Of a DNA stretch of 64,000 nt, positions 51,169 through 59,655 are shown in pieces (the first letter of the stretch is position 1; each line of letters opens with the position of its first letter). The notes under the pieces are model-generated. The model did not search any database. It saw only the letters and a program-made list of their open reading frames with translations, and had not been told where the DNA came from. Made by a program: the position numbers and the translations under genes. This DNA is from a virus: IMG/VR virus record IMGVR_UViG_3300029552_000001. The stretch is one strand, 5' to 3'.

Positions 51169-51330
51169 ATGGCTACATATACTAGACCTATCCCTACGTT
51201 AAGGGGGGAAGATGCTAAAATATTTAACAAAAAAGCGGACGAGGCATTAAAAAACAGGAAGAATGCCATTGTTTTTGATGAACATATAATAGAAATGAAG
51301 AAAATTCTAAAAAAAGCCAATATGATGTAA
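51169..51330 (+). CDS. 53-aa putative antitoxin/partner of the GNAT toxin (no RHH domain)
   Basis: MATYTRPIPTLRGEDAKIFNKKADEALKNRKNAIVFDEHIIEMKKILKKANMM. Its stop lies 4 nt before the GNAT ATG, and it is below the track cutoff. Confidence 0.5.
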   Translation: MATYTRPIPTLRGEDAKIFNKKADEALKNRKNAIVFDEHIIEMKKILKKANMM

Positions 51331-51334
51331 TACT

Positions 51335-51937
51335 ATGGGGTTCTTATCCGATAACTGTACTTTTAAGCCCCTCTCTAAAGCAATACTAACTAGTTGCTCA
51401 TCATTTTCTTGTGGGAATGTGGATTTAGATAACTTTTTTACTAACAAATCTATTAAGTACGAAGAAGAATTGTTAGGTAAAAGTTATTGTTTCGTATTAG
51501 ATGATAGTCCATGTGTTATCGTTTGTGCATTCACTATTTCTAATGATAGTATTGATACCTATATATTACCTAATAGTAGGAGCAAAAAAGTAAAAAATCC
51601 TATTCCACATGAAAAACATATGAGAAGATATCCTTCTGTTCTTATTGGAAAACTTGGAGTTAATATCCATTACTCAAATAAAGGGATTGGTACAGAACTC
51701 ATGAATTTTATAAAAAGTTGGTTTGTATCCCCTTCTAATAAAACAGGTTGCAGATATATAATTGTAGATGCTTACAATAATGATAAAACGCTTAATTATT
51801 ATATTAATAACGGATTTGAATTTCTATTTTCCACAGAAAGACAAGAGATCGAGTATGTTTATAAAAACGAAAATGAAAAGTTAAATACAAGGTTTATGTA
51901 TTTTGATCTCATAAAATGTATTAGCAACATCCTATGA
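51335..51937 (+). CDS. GNAT acetyltransferase of the AtaT/TacT/KacT toxin type
   Basis: 200 aa with FSCGNVDLDNFF (compare FDCGEEALNLFL in AtaT), YPSVLIGKLGVNIHYSNKGIGTELM (motif A) and IIVDAYNNDKTLNYYINNGFEF. Confidence 0.8.
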   Translation: MGFLSDNCTFKPLSKAILTSCSSFSCGNVDLDNFFTNKSIKYEEELLGKSYCFVLDDSPCVIVCAFTISNDSIDTYILPNSRSKKVKNPIPHEKHMRRYPSVLIGKLGVNIHYSNKGIGTELMNFIKSWFVSPSNKTGCRYIIVDAYNNDKTLNYYINNGFEFLFSTERQEIEYVYKNENEKLNTRFMYFDLIKCISNIL

Positions 51938-52068
51938 GATCAAGTTAATTATTGCGATAGCTGATTACAATTTTCTGCCGATGGTGTAAACTGGTATATA
52001 ATTACCAAAAACATTTTCATTCTATTCATAATAAACTTTATTTAATGCGTTTATTCTTTCTACGTTTT

Positions 52069-52278
52069 TCATATCCACCCCCTTTGTATTACATCGTTAT
52101 ACGTTATTCCGTTATCTTGAATTAGTCTCATAAACTGATCTTCGGTATAAGCCAGAGATTCCCCTCTGTTAGCCCTCTCTATATTCTCACTCATCATCCC
52201 CATAGCCTCTATCAAGGCCGCTGAGGAGTTGGCTATCAATTTAGCCGCTTCCATTATCCTACTATCGTCCATAATCAT
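52069..52278 (-). CDS. hypothetical protein
   Basis: 69-aa ORF. No motif recognised. Confidence 0.5.
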   Translation of the reverse strand: MIMDDSRIMEAAKLIANSSAALIEAMGMMSENIERANRGESLAYTEDQFMRLIQDNGITYNDVIQRGWI

Positions 52279-52457
52279 ATTACTTTAACTTCCTCGTTCC
52301 ACAAATGTCTTTCATATACCATGGTTGTTCCTATTAGGATTCCGGTATCTTCTCCCCAATATTCAAGTATTTGACTCCTGAATTTGTGACGCAATTTTTG
52401 TATTCCTCCCTTGTTTTTATCATAAGAAGAGTAATCCGATAATCTTACTGTCTCCAT
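52275..52457 (-). CDS. hypothetical protein
   Basis: 60-aa ORF with GAAGGAGG 6 nt upstream of the ATG. Confidence 0.5.
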   Translation of the reverse strand: METVRLSDYSSYDKNKGGIQKLRHKFRSQILEYWGEDTGILIGTTMVYERHLWNEEVKVI

Positions 52458-52467
52458 CGTTTACCTC

Positions 52468-52503
52468 CTTCATTTGTTCGTATGCCAATCTTTCAAGTTC
52501 CGG
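52468..52503. repeat. 36-bp direct repeat, copy B
   Basis: CTTCATTTGTTCGTATGCCAATCTTTCAAGTTCCGG. Here it is intergenic, containing only an orphan MPELERLAYEQMK... reading frame. Confidence 0.9.
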
Positions 52504-52521
52504 CATGGTGTTTGTTTCTTC

Positions 52522-52821
52522 TTATTTTCCCCCATACTTATTTCTCATTTCATTAATATAGCTCATATACCAATCTCTTATATCCTCTTCACTATCCATG
52601 CTATACTCTTTATTGAATGGATCGTATCTGATAAACTCCTCTGTTCTGCAGAATGGGCATGGGATCTCTTCCAATGGCTTGATTAGAACACCATCATCAC
52701 CTACATTATCCAGATCATACAATATGCCATCTATGCAAGTCGCGTCTGGATAATTCGCACCGAAAAGCGGGAATTCTGGACATGTGTTTCTCATACTTGT
52801 ACTATTCAAATTCGTTCTCAT
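52522..52821 (-). CDS. hypothetical protein
   Basis: 99-aa ORF. No motif recognised. Confidence 0.5.
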   Translation of the reverse strand: MRTNLNSTSMRNTCPEFPLFGANYPDATCIDGILYDLDNVGDDGVLIKPLEEIPCPFCRTEEFIRYDPFNKEYSMDSEEDIRDWYMSYINEMRNKYGGK

Positions 52822-53293
52822 ATTCCTTTCTCCTATCCACTTCCTTTAAATTCAAACCATCAGGTGTCAATATCTTCTTTTCCAACAAATCAAAGAGAAG
52901 CATCGCCCTTGACTCCACCTCTGTTTCCCCAAATCCGCTATATACTTCTGTTGGCGAATCGTAGGCATTGTAACGAACATAGGCAGCTTCGTAGTATTCG
53001 ATATCCTTATTCGGGAAATATTGTGTCAATTGCAACCAGTCATCCCATATTTTTGATTTACTGATATTTATCATACTTGGTAGTATCTCTCCAAGTTCAT
53101 GACTCATATAAGCCGGTATGAGGTCTCCTTCTTTTCTGTATGAATATCTCATTGTATTTTGTGCAATTGATTCTGTTTTGGATCCCCCTCCTTTCACCTC
53201 TTTCACAAAATAAAATTCCGACTCTGAATTTACACCCAACTCATGCAGCTTTAATGCAAGCTCATAAGGGCACATAAAATTTTGATATTTCAT
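52802..53293 (-). CDS. hypothetical protein
   Basis: 163-aa ORF. No motif recognised. Confidence 0.55.
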   Translation of the reverse strand: MKYQNFMCPYELALKLHELGVNSESEFYFVKEVKGGGSKTESIAQNTMRYSYRKEGDLIPAYMSHELGEILPSMINISKSKIWDDWLQLTQYFPNKDIEYYEAAYVRYNAYDSPTEVYSGFGETEVESRAMLLFDLLEKKILTPDGLNLKEVDRRKEYENEFE

Positions 53294-53294
53294 G

Positions 53295-53606
53295 TTATTC
53301 TATATTTTCGTTTCTGTAATCTCCTGCATAGTCCAACCATACCCTGTAATCATTTCTGTACTTGGTCGCCTTTATTTTCATATTCCGGGATATACTCTTA
53401 TTCACATTTTCACCAAGTACACTCCTTAGCTCCTTCTGTAAGACCGCCCCGATAAGAGGATAGACGTCCAAATAATTGCCTTCACACTTCTCGAAATCTA
53501 TTACCTTGTTCCCTATTGCCCGTTCTAATGCCTTGTCTATTGCCTTCACGATGGATTCTTGCACATCTTTATATCGATTGATAAAATCCTGTTCTTTATT
53601 TTCCAT
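53295..53606 (-). CDS. hypothetical protein
   Basis: 103-aa ORF. No motif recognised. Confidence 0.5.
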   Translation of the reverse strand: MENKEQDFINRYKDVQESIVKAIDKALERAIGNKVIDFEKCEGNYLDVYPLIGAVLQKELRSVLGENVNKSISRNMKIKATKYRNDYRVWLDYAGDYRNENIE

Positions 53607-53624
53607 TTTAATACATTTTTTATT

Positions 53625-54611
53625 CTATAAAAGATCCTCATTGCCCCCATAAGGGATACAATAAGTCCAAACCGTCCCATGTACACATTCATATCCATGA
53701 GAATTTACACCCGTTATTTCTCTAGCAAATAAACTAATATTCCATGCATCATCTTGGCTATTTCTTACCAATACTTTGTCAAATGGTTTTAACTTATACT
53801 CTGGCTCTATCTCAATACCAAAGAATTGTTTCAAACACATTTTGGCTTTAGGTTCTTCACTTGCCTTAAGATCGTTAATAAAATCTCGCTTTTCGTCCTC
53901 AGTGGCATATCTATATCTCTCAATATTATTTTGATTGGCAGCTCCATTGTCGAAATATAAATAACCCCCTTCTTGCCAAGAGGCATGATAAGACGTAAGG
54001 TATTCCCCGTTTGTATTCAATATGAATAAATAATCACCTTCTTCATTGCTCAATACATCCCCATCCTTAAATGCCGTATATTCCGGAATATTAATACAAA
54101 GCCTACATCCTCTTGCTCCTAGTCCATTATCAGAGAACCAGTCTGATGTTATACCATAATCAGAATAAATCACTCCTAGTGTATTAAACATCCCCCTATC
54201 TTTATTATAATACACTAACTCTACCTTATGATTATGTCCGACCGTTACAATCTCACCATCATATTCACCATTGCTAATTTTCTTTGCCAGTTCTAAGTCA
54301 AATGGTTTTGTTATCATTCTCTTTTCCATAATTTTACATGTATTTATATTGTTATTTTTCACTTTAGCTATATTATCATCTTGTAGCAATCTTGCTTTAA
54401 GGTCATCTATAGTCCTTAAATCCATATTATATGTGCATAGATGAGCGCTCCCGTAACCGGTTAAATTGTTTATTACAGCCACATGATATCCGCCACCTAT
54501 CTTATACACTTCCTTGACCTCCCATATATCCCTGCTATCATATTCATATCTATTGTTCCAGTCTATAAAATCTTGCTTTATAGATACCATATCTCCTTTT
54601 TTAATATTCAT
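53625..54611 (-). CDS. hypothetical protein
   Basis: 328-aa ORF. No motif recognised. Confidence 0.6.
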   Translation of the reverse strand: MNIKKGDMVSIKQDFIDWNNRYEYDSRDIWEVKEVYKIGGGYHVAVINNLTGYGSAHLCTYNMDLRTIDDLKARLLQDDNIAKVKNNNINTCKIMEKRMITKPFDLELAKKISNGEYDGEIVTVGHNHKVELVYYNKDRGMFNTLGVIYSDYGITSDWFSDNGLGARGCRLCINIPEYTAFKDGDVLSNEEGDYLFILNTNGEYLTSYHASWQEGGYLYFDNGAANQNNIERYRYATEDEKRDFINDLKASEEPKAKMCLKQFFGIEIEPEYKLKPFDKVLVRNSQDDAWNISLFAREITGVNSHGYECVHGTVWTYCIPYGGNEDLL

Positions 54612-54789
54612 ATCTTCTTATGTGTTTATATATTATTTGCCTGTCCAGCCAATCCAACGAACATGGGCGGACGCCTCGCTTCCCTCCGCACGTCTTACCT
54701 ATACACGCCGGCTCCACCGGCAACGCCATCCATGACATTTTGGATGCCTCCATACCTCTAGGTACGATCAATTCCTTATTCCGGGTCAT
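54601..54789 (-). CDS. doubtful small ORF within a GC-rich island
   Basis: 62 aa overlapping both neighbours, with no SD. It shares a 21-nt motif with the island at 44721-44956. Confidence 0.25.
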   Translation of the reverse strand: MTRNKELIVPRGMEASKMSWMALPVEPACIGKTCGGKRGVRPCSLDWLDRQIIYKHIRRYEY

Positions 54790-55042
54790 GATTCTTTTTT
54801 TTAAAATTTATATCAAATTCCCGTATATTAAGTATCTCCTTGAAAACCATCTCTCTAATGAAACAACCCATTTTATGTATTTCATCTTCATTAGATATTC
54901 CCCACACTTCAACTGCTGCATGAATCGCATCTTTCATAGAGAAACAGATCTGAGTCCAATCACTATATTCTCTTTCATCGTTTAAAATATCTTGTATCTT
55001 TCTTTCGCAATGTTCTATATATTCTTTATTGAAATTACTCAT
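54776..55042 (-). CDS. hypothetical protein
   Basis: 88-aa ORF. No motif recognised. Confidence 0.5.
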   Translation of the reverse strand: MSNFNKEYIEHCERKIQDILNDEREYSDWTQICFSMKDAIHAAVEVWGISNEDEIHKMGCFIREMVFKEILNIREFDINFKKKNHDPE

Positions 55043-55083
55043 GACTTTTCAATGATTTTCATTATAAATTTTCTACTTAATTC

Positions 55084-55093
55084 ACCCCCCCCC
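55084..55093 (+). repeat. C10 homopolymer tract (G10 on the coding strand of flanking genes)
   Basis: Read directly from the sequence. Lies 42 nt upstream of the ATG at 55042 on the - strand. Confidence 0.9.
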
Positions 55094-55172
55094 AGTGGTT
55101 GATGCAGTGGTCGCAGCAATAAGATTCAGGCAATCATACGACTCTGCTGATGTCTAAATCTAATCCTTCGAA

Positions 55173-55199
55173 CGTTTCCAAAACATGCTATTGGAAACG
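55173..55199. other. hairpin CGTTTCCAA - 9 nt - TTGGAAACG
   Basis: Perfect 9-bp stem in the 205-nt GC-rich gap downstream of the - gene ending at 55248. No T tail. Confidence 0.4.
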
Positions 55200-55247
55200 C
55201 CATCGCTAAATCTGATAGTGATCGCACCGCTATGATACAAGCGTCAC

Positions 55248-56309
55248 TTAATTCCATCCTAACTGTTTTGCAATACTTTCCATTTCATTATACGCAATCC
55301 TGTGACATCCAGCAACCAATAGGTCGTTCTCATAGCTATTGATCTTCCATTTGTGACCGGTTGTATCCAATACCATATCGTGTTGGAATTTACCGCCATT
55401 ATGGAAGAATTTTATCAATTCCCAAAGTCTTTCAGCTTCGGTTCGTTTTATCTTGATATTCCCGCTGGTCTCAATTATACCATTCTTAATGCGAAGCCAT
55501 ACGTTAGGCTGGTCATCCTCCAAATAATAATGTAGATATAATTCTGGAATCTCGCCAGACTTCCACATCTCGATCTGTTCTTCAAATTTTTTCTTGCGAG
55601 CCTCATTTTCTTTTCTTCTTTTTTCAAGAGTTAAAGCCTCTTTTTTCGCCTGACTGTCTTCCCATCTCTGACATCTGGCCACATACTCAGCCCACGTTCC
55701 TTCACCACAAATCTCATCTACTATTACATTGGTCGTTCCTAAAGTTTCTAACGCTTGATGATTTAGCAATACCTCAAACACACGCTTTAACTCATGGACA
55801 TATTCACTTTTAATCTTATCCGATTCATAAGATAACTCATGTTTAGTTCCGATCCAGGTGTTTGCACTCTTTTTAAGAAGGCTCTTGGGAGTACCCATAT
55901 TAAAGAACTCAATATAATCCATTAGACTTCTAAATACTCCCCAAACATCCCTATAAGACAGGCTTGTTCTAACCTTCTTGTATTTCTCGATAACCTCTTT
56001 GATAAGCTCCAATCGACTGGTGATAAAAGCCATGCTGCCATCATCAGACATATTATATCCAACAGAAAATACCTTTGAGCCAGTTGGTATTGCACTACGA
56101 ACACAACGTTGATGTTTACAGGTGGAAGAAGAATAATACTTATCGTTAAGCAAATACGCCTTTTCACCACACTTATTTCTTACGATTCTTCCAACCTCAA
56201 AATGATAACCATAAGAATAAATACTTCTACCTTCAAAGAAAAGATTACTACCTCTTGCGGATTCTTCCTTTTCGTTTGCCCACAAATGAGCGACCATAGA
56301 GTTGTTCAT
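55248..56309 (-). CDS. hypothetical protein
   Basis: 353-aa ORF with N-terminal VAHLWANEKEESARGSNLFFEGRSIYSYGYHF and a central charged coiled-coil-like stretch. No named domain recognised. Confidence 0.6.
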   Translation of the reverse strand: MNNSMVAHLWANEKEESARGSNLFFEGRSIYSYGYHFEVGRIVRNKCGEKAYLLNDKYYSSSTCKHQRCVRSAIPTGSKVFSVGYNMSDDGSMAFITSRLELIKEVIEKYKKVRTSLSYRDVWGVFRSLMDYIEFFNMGTPKSLLKKSANTWIGTKHELSYESDKIKSEYVHELKRVFEVLLNHQALETLGTTNVIVDEICGEGTWAEYVARCQRWEDSQAKKEALTLEKRRKENEARKKKFEEQIEMWKSGEIPELYLHYYLEDDQPNVWLRIKNGIIETSGNIKIKRTEAERLWELIKFFHNGGKFQHDMVLDTTGHKWKINSYENDLLVAGCHRIAYNEMESIAKQLGWN

Positions 56310-56332
56310 ATCTATTAAGTTTTGAGTGTTAA

Positions 56333-56569
56333 CTATTGATTATACTTGCTAAAAATAACATCGACACAAGTTCCGCCAATAGCGTTTGCGTCATTATACG
56401 AATAAAAACCTTCTGTTCCCCAATCCACACCAACTGGACAACCATCTGCATGTTTTACAAAGTCATCAATTTCTTGCGCTTCCTCGTTAGATATTCCAGT
56501 GTAGTCACCATTAATCAAAGCCCCAATCCAATAAATCGGAAGCCTATATCTTATTATCTCTATATTCAT
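56333..56569 (-). CDS. hypothetical protein
   Basis: 78-aa ORF. No motif recognised. Confidence 0.5.
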   Translation of the reverse strand: MNIEIIRYRLPIYWIGALINGDYTGISNEEAQEIDDFVKHADGCPVGVDWGTEGFYSYNDANAIGGTCVDVIFSKYNQ

Positions 56570-56958
56570 AATCTCATCAATTTACAATGTGAATTTTCAA
56601 ATACGGGAACCATTCCATGCGCCCTGAAATACTCGGTCGCTATTTTAAAAGCGTACAAGGCAGGTCTTTCATGGATATTTCGTGTTGTCTTATAAAGAGA
56701 TATTGGCTGGCAAACATAGAATTTCTCATTACCAAGACACCCAAAAACCCCATCCAAATAACTTTCATCACAATTAGTGCCTCCCAGTATCAACAAATCA
56801 CATCCTGTCTTTCGTGTTCCGAGAATAAATGTCTTGTTCTTGTTTTCCGGAAGCATGAATATTTCCTTATCAATCTTAAACCAGTCAATCTGGCAACTCT
56901 CTACATCACGGCGAACAATCTCGTCAATCTCACGGGCATATTCTTCTTGTGTTTTCAT
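56566..56958 (-). CDS. hypothetical protein
   Basis: 130-aa ORF. No motif recognised. Confidence 0.55.
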   Translation of the reverse strand: MKTQEEYAREIDEIVRRDVESCQIDWFKIDKEIFMLPENKNKTFILGTRKTGCDLLILGGTNCDESYLDGVFGCLGNEKFYVCQPISLYKTTRNIHERPALYAFKIATEYFRAHGMVPVFENSHCKLMRL

Positions 56959-56968
56959 AAGATATGTT

Positions 56969-57715
56969 TTAAATAGTTCTTAATTTCTCTTCAATAAACG
57001 TATCTATCATCTTATAGTAACTTCCATCAAAAACGTAGTTGTTATATCTTTTTGTAAACTCTTTGGCCCAGTCTTGAATGATGTCGAATGCTTCTTCTCT
57101 GCTATAACATTTCAACTCCGTTAATCTCTCCACAGCTTCCGCTGACATCTCTTGAAGATTCCGGATGTAAGTTGGATTAACGCTATATGGAGGTTCTTCT
57201 TCATCCAGCATAACAATTCTTGGTTTGTTTGCCGACCGGCATTGCTCAGCGGTTTGGGTAAATCTCTGGAAATATTCGGCATCATACTTATTCCCATGAT
57301 AATCAATGAAAGCAATCTTATCTCTATATATCTCACAGGCATTTAAAGATTCTCGTGTCGATCTTTTTATTGGTCTTGATCCATCCCATAACCAGCCATA
57401 AAACTGTATACCATCCCAGATAAGACATGATAGATATCTTAGAGAAAAAGACTTTATATCTAATATCTTATGTTGTATAGGATTAACTTCCCGCTTAGCA
57501 TCTTCAAGAGTTTTGTATATAGACGTACTTGTCTCAATTTTACCCTCTCCCAATTTGCTTCCAAACCAAAAAATATATTCGACATACATATTTCTCCTAC
57601 AAATACCTGGATCTTTTACTATCATGCCACGATATTTCGCTTCACGGATTACCCCGTCCCTATGCATGAATACCCTTATTCCAAAGGGTATATCATAAAT
57701 CAATACATTACACAT
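56969..57715 (-). CDS. hypothetical protein
   Basis: 248-aa ORF. No motif recognised. Confidence 0.55.
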   Translation of the reverse strand: MCNVLIYDIPFGIRVFMHRDGVIREAKYRGMIVKDPGICRRNMYVEYIFWFGSKLGEGKIETSTSIYKTLEDAKREVNPIQHKILDIKSFSLRYLSCLIWDGIQFYGWLWDGSRPIKRSTRESLNACEIYRDKIAFIDYHGNKYDAEYFQRFTQTAEQCRSANKPRIVMLDEEEPPYSVNPTYIRNLQEMSAEAVERLTELKCYSREEAFDIIQDWAKEFTKRYNNYVFDGSYYKMIDTFIEEKLRTI

Positions 57716-57722
57716 ATCTTAA

Positions 57723-58418
57723 TCAATTTACATGTTCATATATATCCCCATTCTCATAATAAAGTCGATCTTCATATTGATTATGATGAAGTTCCTCACG
57801 TATCGCATCTTCATTATCAGCCCAATACTCATACTCCTCATACCAGGACTTGAAGAAACTATCGTAACATCGCCCTATCAGATCCTCAAACGAGAAATCA
57901 TCCGGGTAAGTACACCATGCATTGTAATAATCAATTATAGGTTTCAGGAGATAATAATCATAACACATCCCTGTCAATGGGCAATTATCTCCATAGTCAA
58001 ACATCACCCTACTATACTTGTGCCTGTATTTGTATTTCCCATCAATATATTTACCTGACGTGGAGAAATACTTGCCCTTGATAATATATGGCATAATATT
58101 GTTGTTGATATATCTGAACAGTAATTTACCGCATAGATTCTCAGGGAATATATCACGATGATAATCTGTAGGGTGTTCATAAATAGGATCCTTGTATTTA
58201 AACTCATAACTAAAATCATATCTCTCGTATCCAACTTCCCAATTATAAACCCTAGTATCTGTCATATCCTCAAAGGCTTTCATTGACTTTTTATAGTCTA
58301 TGCCATAAGCATCCATACATTGCTCCATTACATTCCAGTGCTCACGCTCTATGATCCTTTCTTGTGAGTCTTTTGACAGCTCATCAAACTCATACAGTTT
58401 TAATACAATCTTTTTCAT
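57723..58418 (-). CDS. hypothetical Tyr/Asp/Glu-rich protein
   Basis: 231-aa ORF with AGAGGAGGG 4 nt upstream of the ATG. The acidic, aromatic composition could suggest a DNA mimic or anti-restriction role, but no motif supports this. Confidence 0.55.
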   Translation of the reverse strand: MKKIVLKLYEFDELSKDSQERIIEREHWNVMEQCMDAYGIDYKKSMKAFEDMTDTRVYNWEVGYERYDFSYEFKYKDPIYEHPTDYHRDIFPENLCGKLLFRYINNNIMPYIIKGKYFSTSGKYIDGKYKYRHKYSRVMFDYGDNCPLTGMCYDYYLLKPIIDYYNAWCTYPDDFSFEDLIGRCYDSFFKSWYEEYEYWADNEDAIREELHHNQYEDRLYYENGDIYEHVN

Positions 58419-58543
58419 AATCCCTCCTCTTTTAATATAATTAGATCCCTAACGTCAATCGAATGACATACGTACCTCCTTATGTTCACGCTTAGGGATG
58501 ATCGTGGCTATTCTCACGAACCACCACAATCCAGATTCAGATA

Positions 58544-59281
58544 TCATTCATCCTTTATCTTTACGAATGGGTTTTCTACATAAAACTCCACTACATCCTT
58601 AGATTTTATAGATGTCACTATACCGGTGGTATCCACAAATCCATCTGTTTCATCCATTGTCAAATCTTCTATTTTATCTCCCGGCAGAAAACAAAGATTA
58701 TAGTCTTGATCAATATACATAATCATCTTTAACCTAACCATGTCATCAATGATGCCTTTCATTCTCTCCACGACATCCAATTGATCATTACTAAGCATTA
58801 ATCTACTTTTTGATGATTCCACTAACCTTATGTCTCCATTCCTGTCAACTACAGTTAAGCCATTGAATTTATACACATCTTCACGTGTTCTGTAATATGT
58901 TTCCTTACAATAAATTTTTCCTTTATCATCTATTTCAACATCAAAATATTCCAACTTATCCTTGACAGCTCTTCCGTTTTTGTATTTCCACACATCACCT
59001 ATTGGAATGAACCCATATAATGACTCAAAAACATCATATATTGATAGTCTTGTCTTAGGAATGCTCTCGCCCTTTTTAAAACATTCTTCGGACGAATAAA
59101 ATAATTTCCCATCTAATGTCTTCTCAGTCCTACATCCTCCCCATGTTCCTACATATCTAACTACTCCATATGTAAAACTGATCAAGATCTTATCAATCTC
59201 AAACCACTTTAATCTTCCTGACATATCGTCAAAAAGATATCCACTCTCTAGATAAACCGATAAACATTCTCTAATTTCCAT
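58544..59281 (-). CDS. hypothetical protein
   Basis: 245-aa ORF. No motif recognised. Confidence 0.55.
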   Translation of the reverse strand: MEIRECLSVYLESGYLFDDMSGRLKWFEIDKILISFTYGVVRYVGTWGGCRTEKTLDGKLFYSSEECFKKGESIPKTRLSIYDVFESLYGFIPIGDVWKYKNGRAVKDKLEYFDVEIDDKGKIYCKETYYRTREDVYKFNGLTVVDRNGDIRLVESSKSRLMLSNDQLDVVERMKGIIDDMVRLKMIMYIDQDYNLCFLPGDKIEDLTMDETDGFVDTTGIVTSIKSKDVVEFYVENPFVKIKDE

Positions 59282-59310
59282 AACAATTTATTTTTTTTAA
59301 TTAAACAACA

Positions 59311-59649
59311 TCATTTGCCTTGATCACTATCCGTCTCAATATTATGAACAAGCTCATATAGATCATAATCACTACACTCTGCTAAACATAAAGAGAAGAC
59401 GCTCCTGTCGTTAATCAGGAAATAGCTATCTTCTAATATGAAGATAGATCTTCCTACCTCTAAAAAACAGTCCCATAACTCATTGCCTCTTTTATTGCCA
59501 AACACTTTCTGAAAAGTATGACGATCTGCCTTATTCTCGAATTTACGCATCCGTCTAATCCACTCATATCCGTGCCTCACTAAATCCAATCCGCCGGCTT
59601 CATCGAAGCTCCCGTTTTTATCAATCCATTTATTTACATCTATCAACAT
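59311..59649 (-). CDS. hypothetical protein
   Basis: 112-aa ORF. No motif recognised. Confidence 0.5.
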   Translation of the reverse strand: MLIDVNKWIDKNGSFDEAGGLDLVRHGYEWIRRMRKFENKADRHTFQKVFGNKRGNELWDCFLEVGRSIFILEDSYFLINDRSVFSLCLAECSDYDLYELVHNIETDSDQGK

Positions 59650-59655
59650 ACTCCC

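Noticed and set aside
55094-55247. Possible tRNA or other RNA gene in the GC-rich gap (GCAGTGGTCGCAGC resembles a D-arm)
   Set aside because: I could not build a cloverleaf: there is no 7-bp acceptor stem, no GTTCRANYC T-loop, and the anticodon-arm candidates have wrong loop sizes. Other gaps (1767-1997, 13593-13705, 50392-51168, 58419-58543, 61328-61498) also lacked tRNA signatures by eye. tRNAscan-SE should confirm this.
57723-58418. Calling the Tyr/Asp/Glu-rich 231-aa protein an ArdA-like anti-restriction DNA mimic
   Set aside because: Only composition suggests it. I could not recall or see any diagnostic ArdA motif, so the protein is left as hypothetical.
58445-58499. ATCCCTAA ... TTAGGGAT inverted repeat in the 125-nt gap
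   Set aside because: It has only 8 bp and a loop of about 40 nt, with no T tail. This is too weak to call as a terminator or RNA element on its own, so it is listed only as part of the GC-rich gap series.
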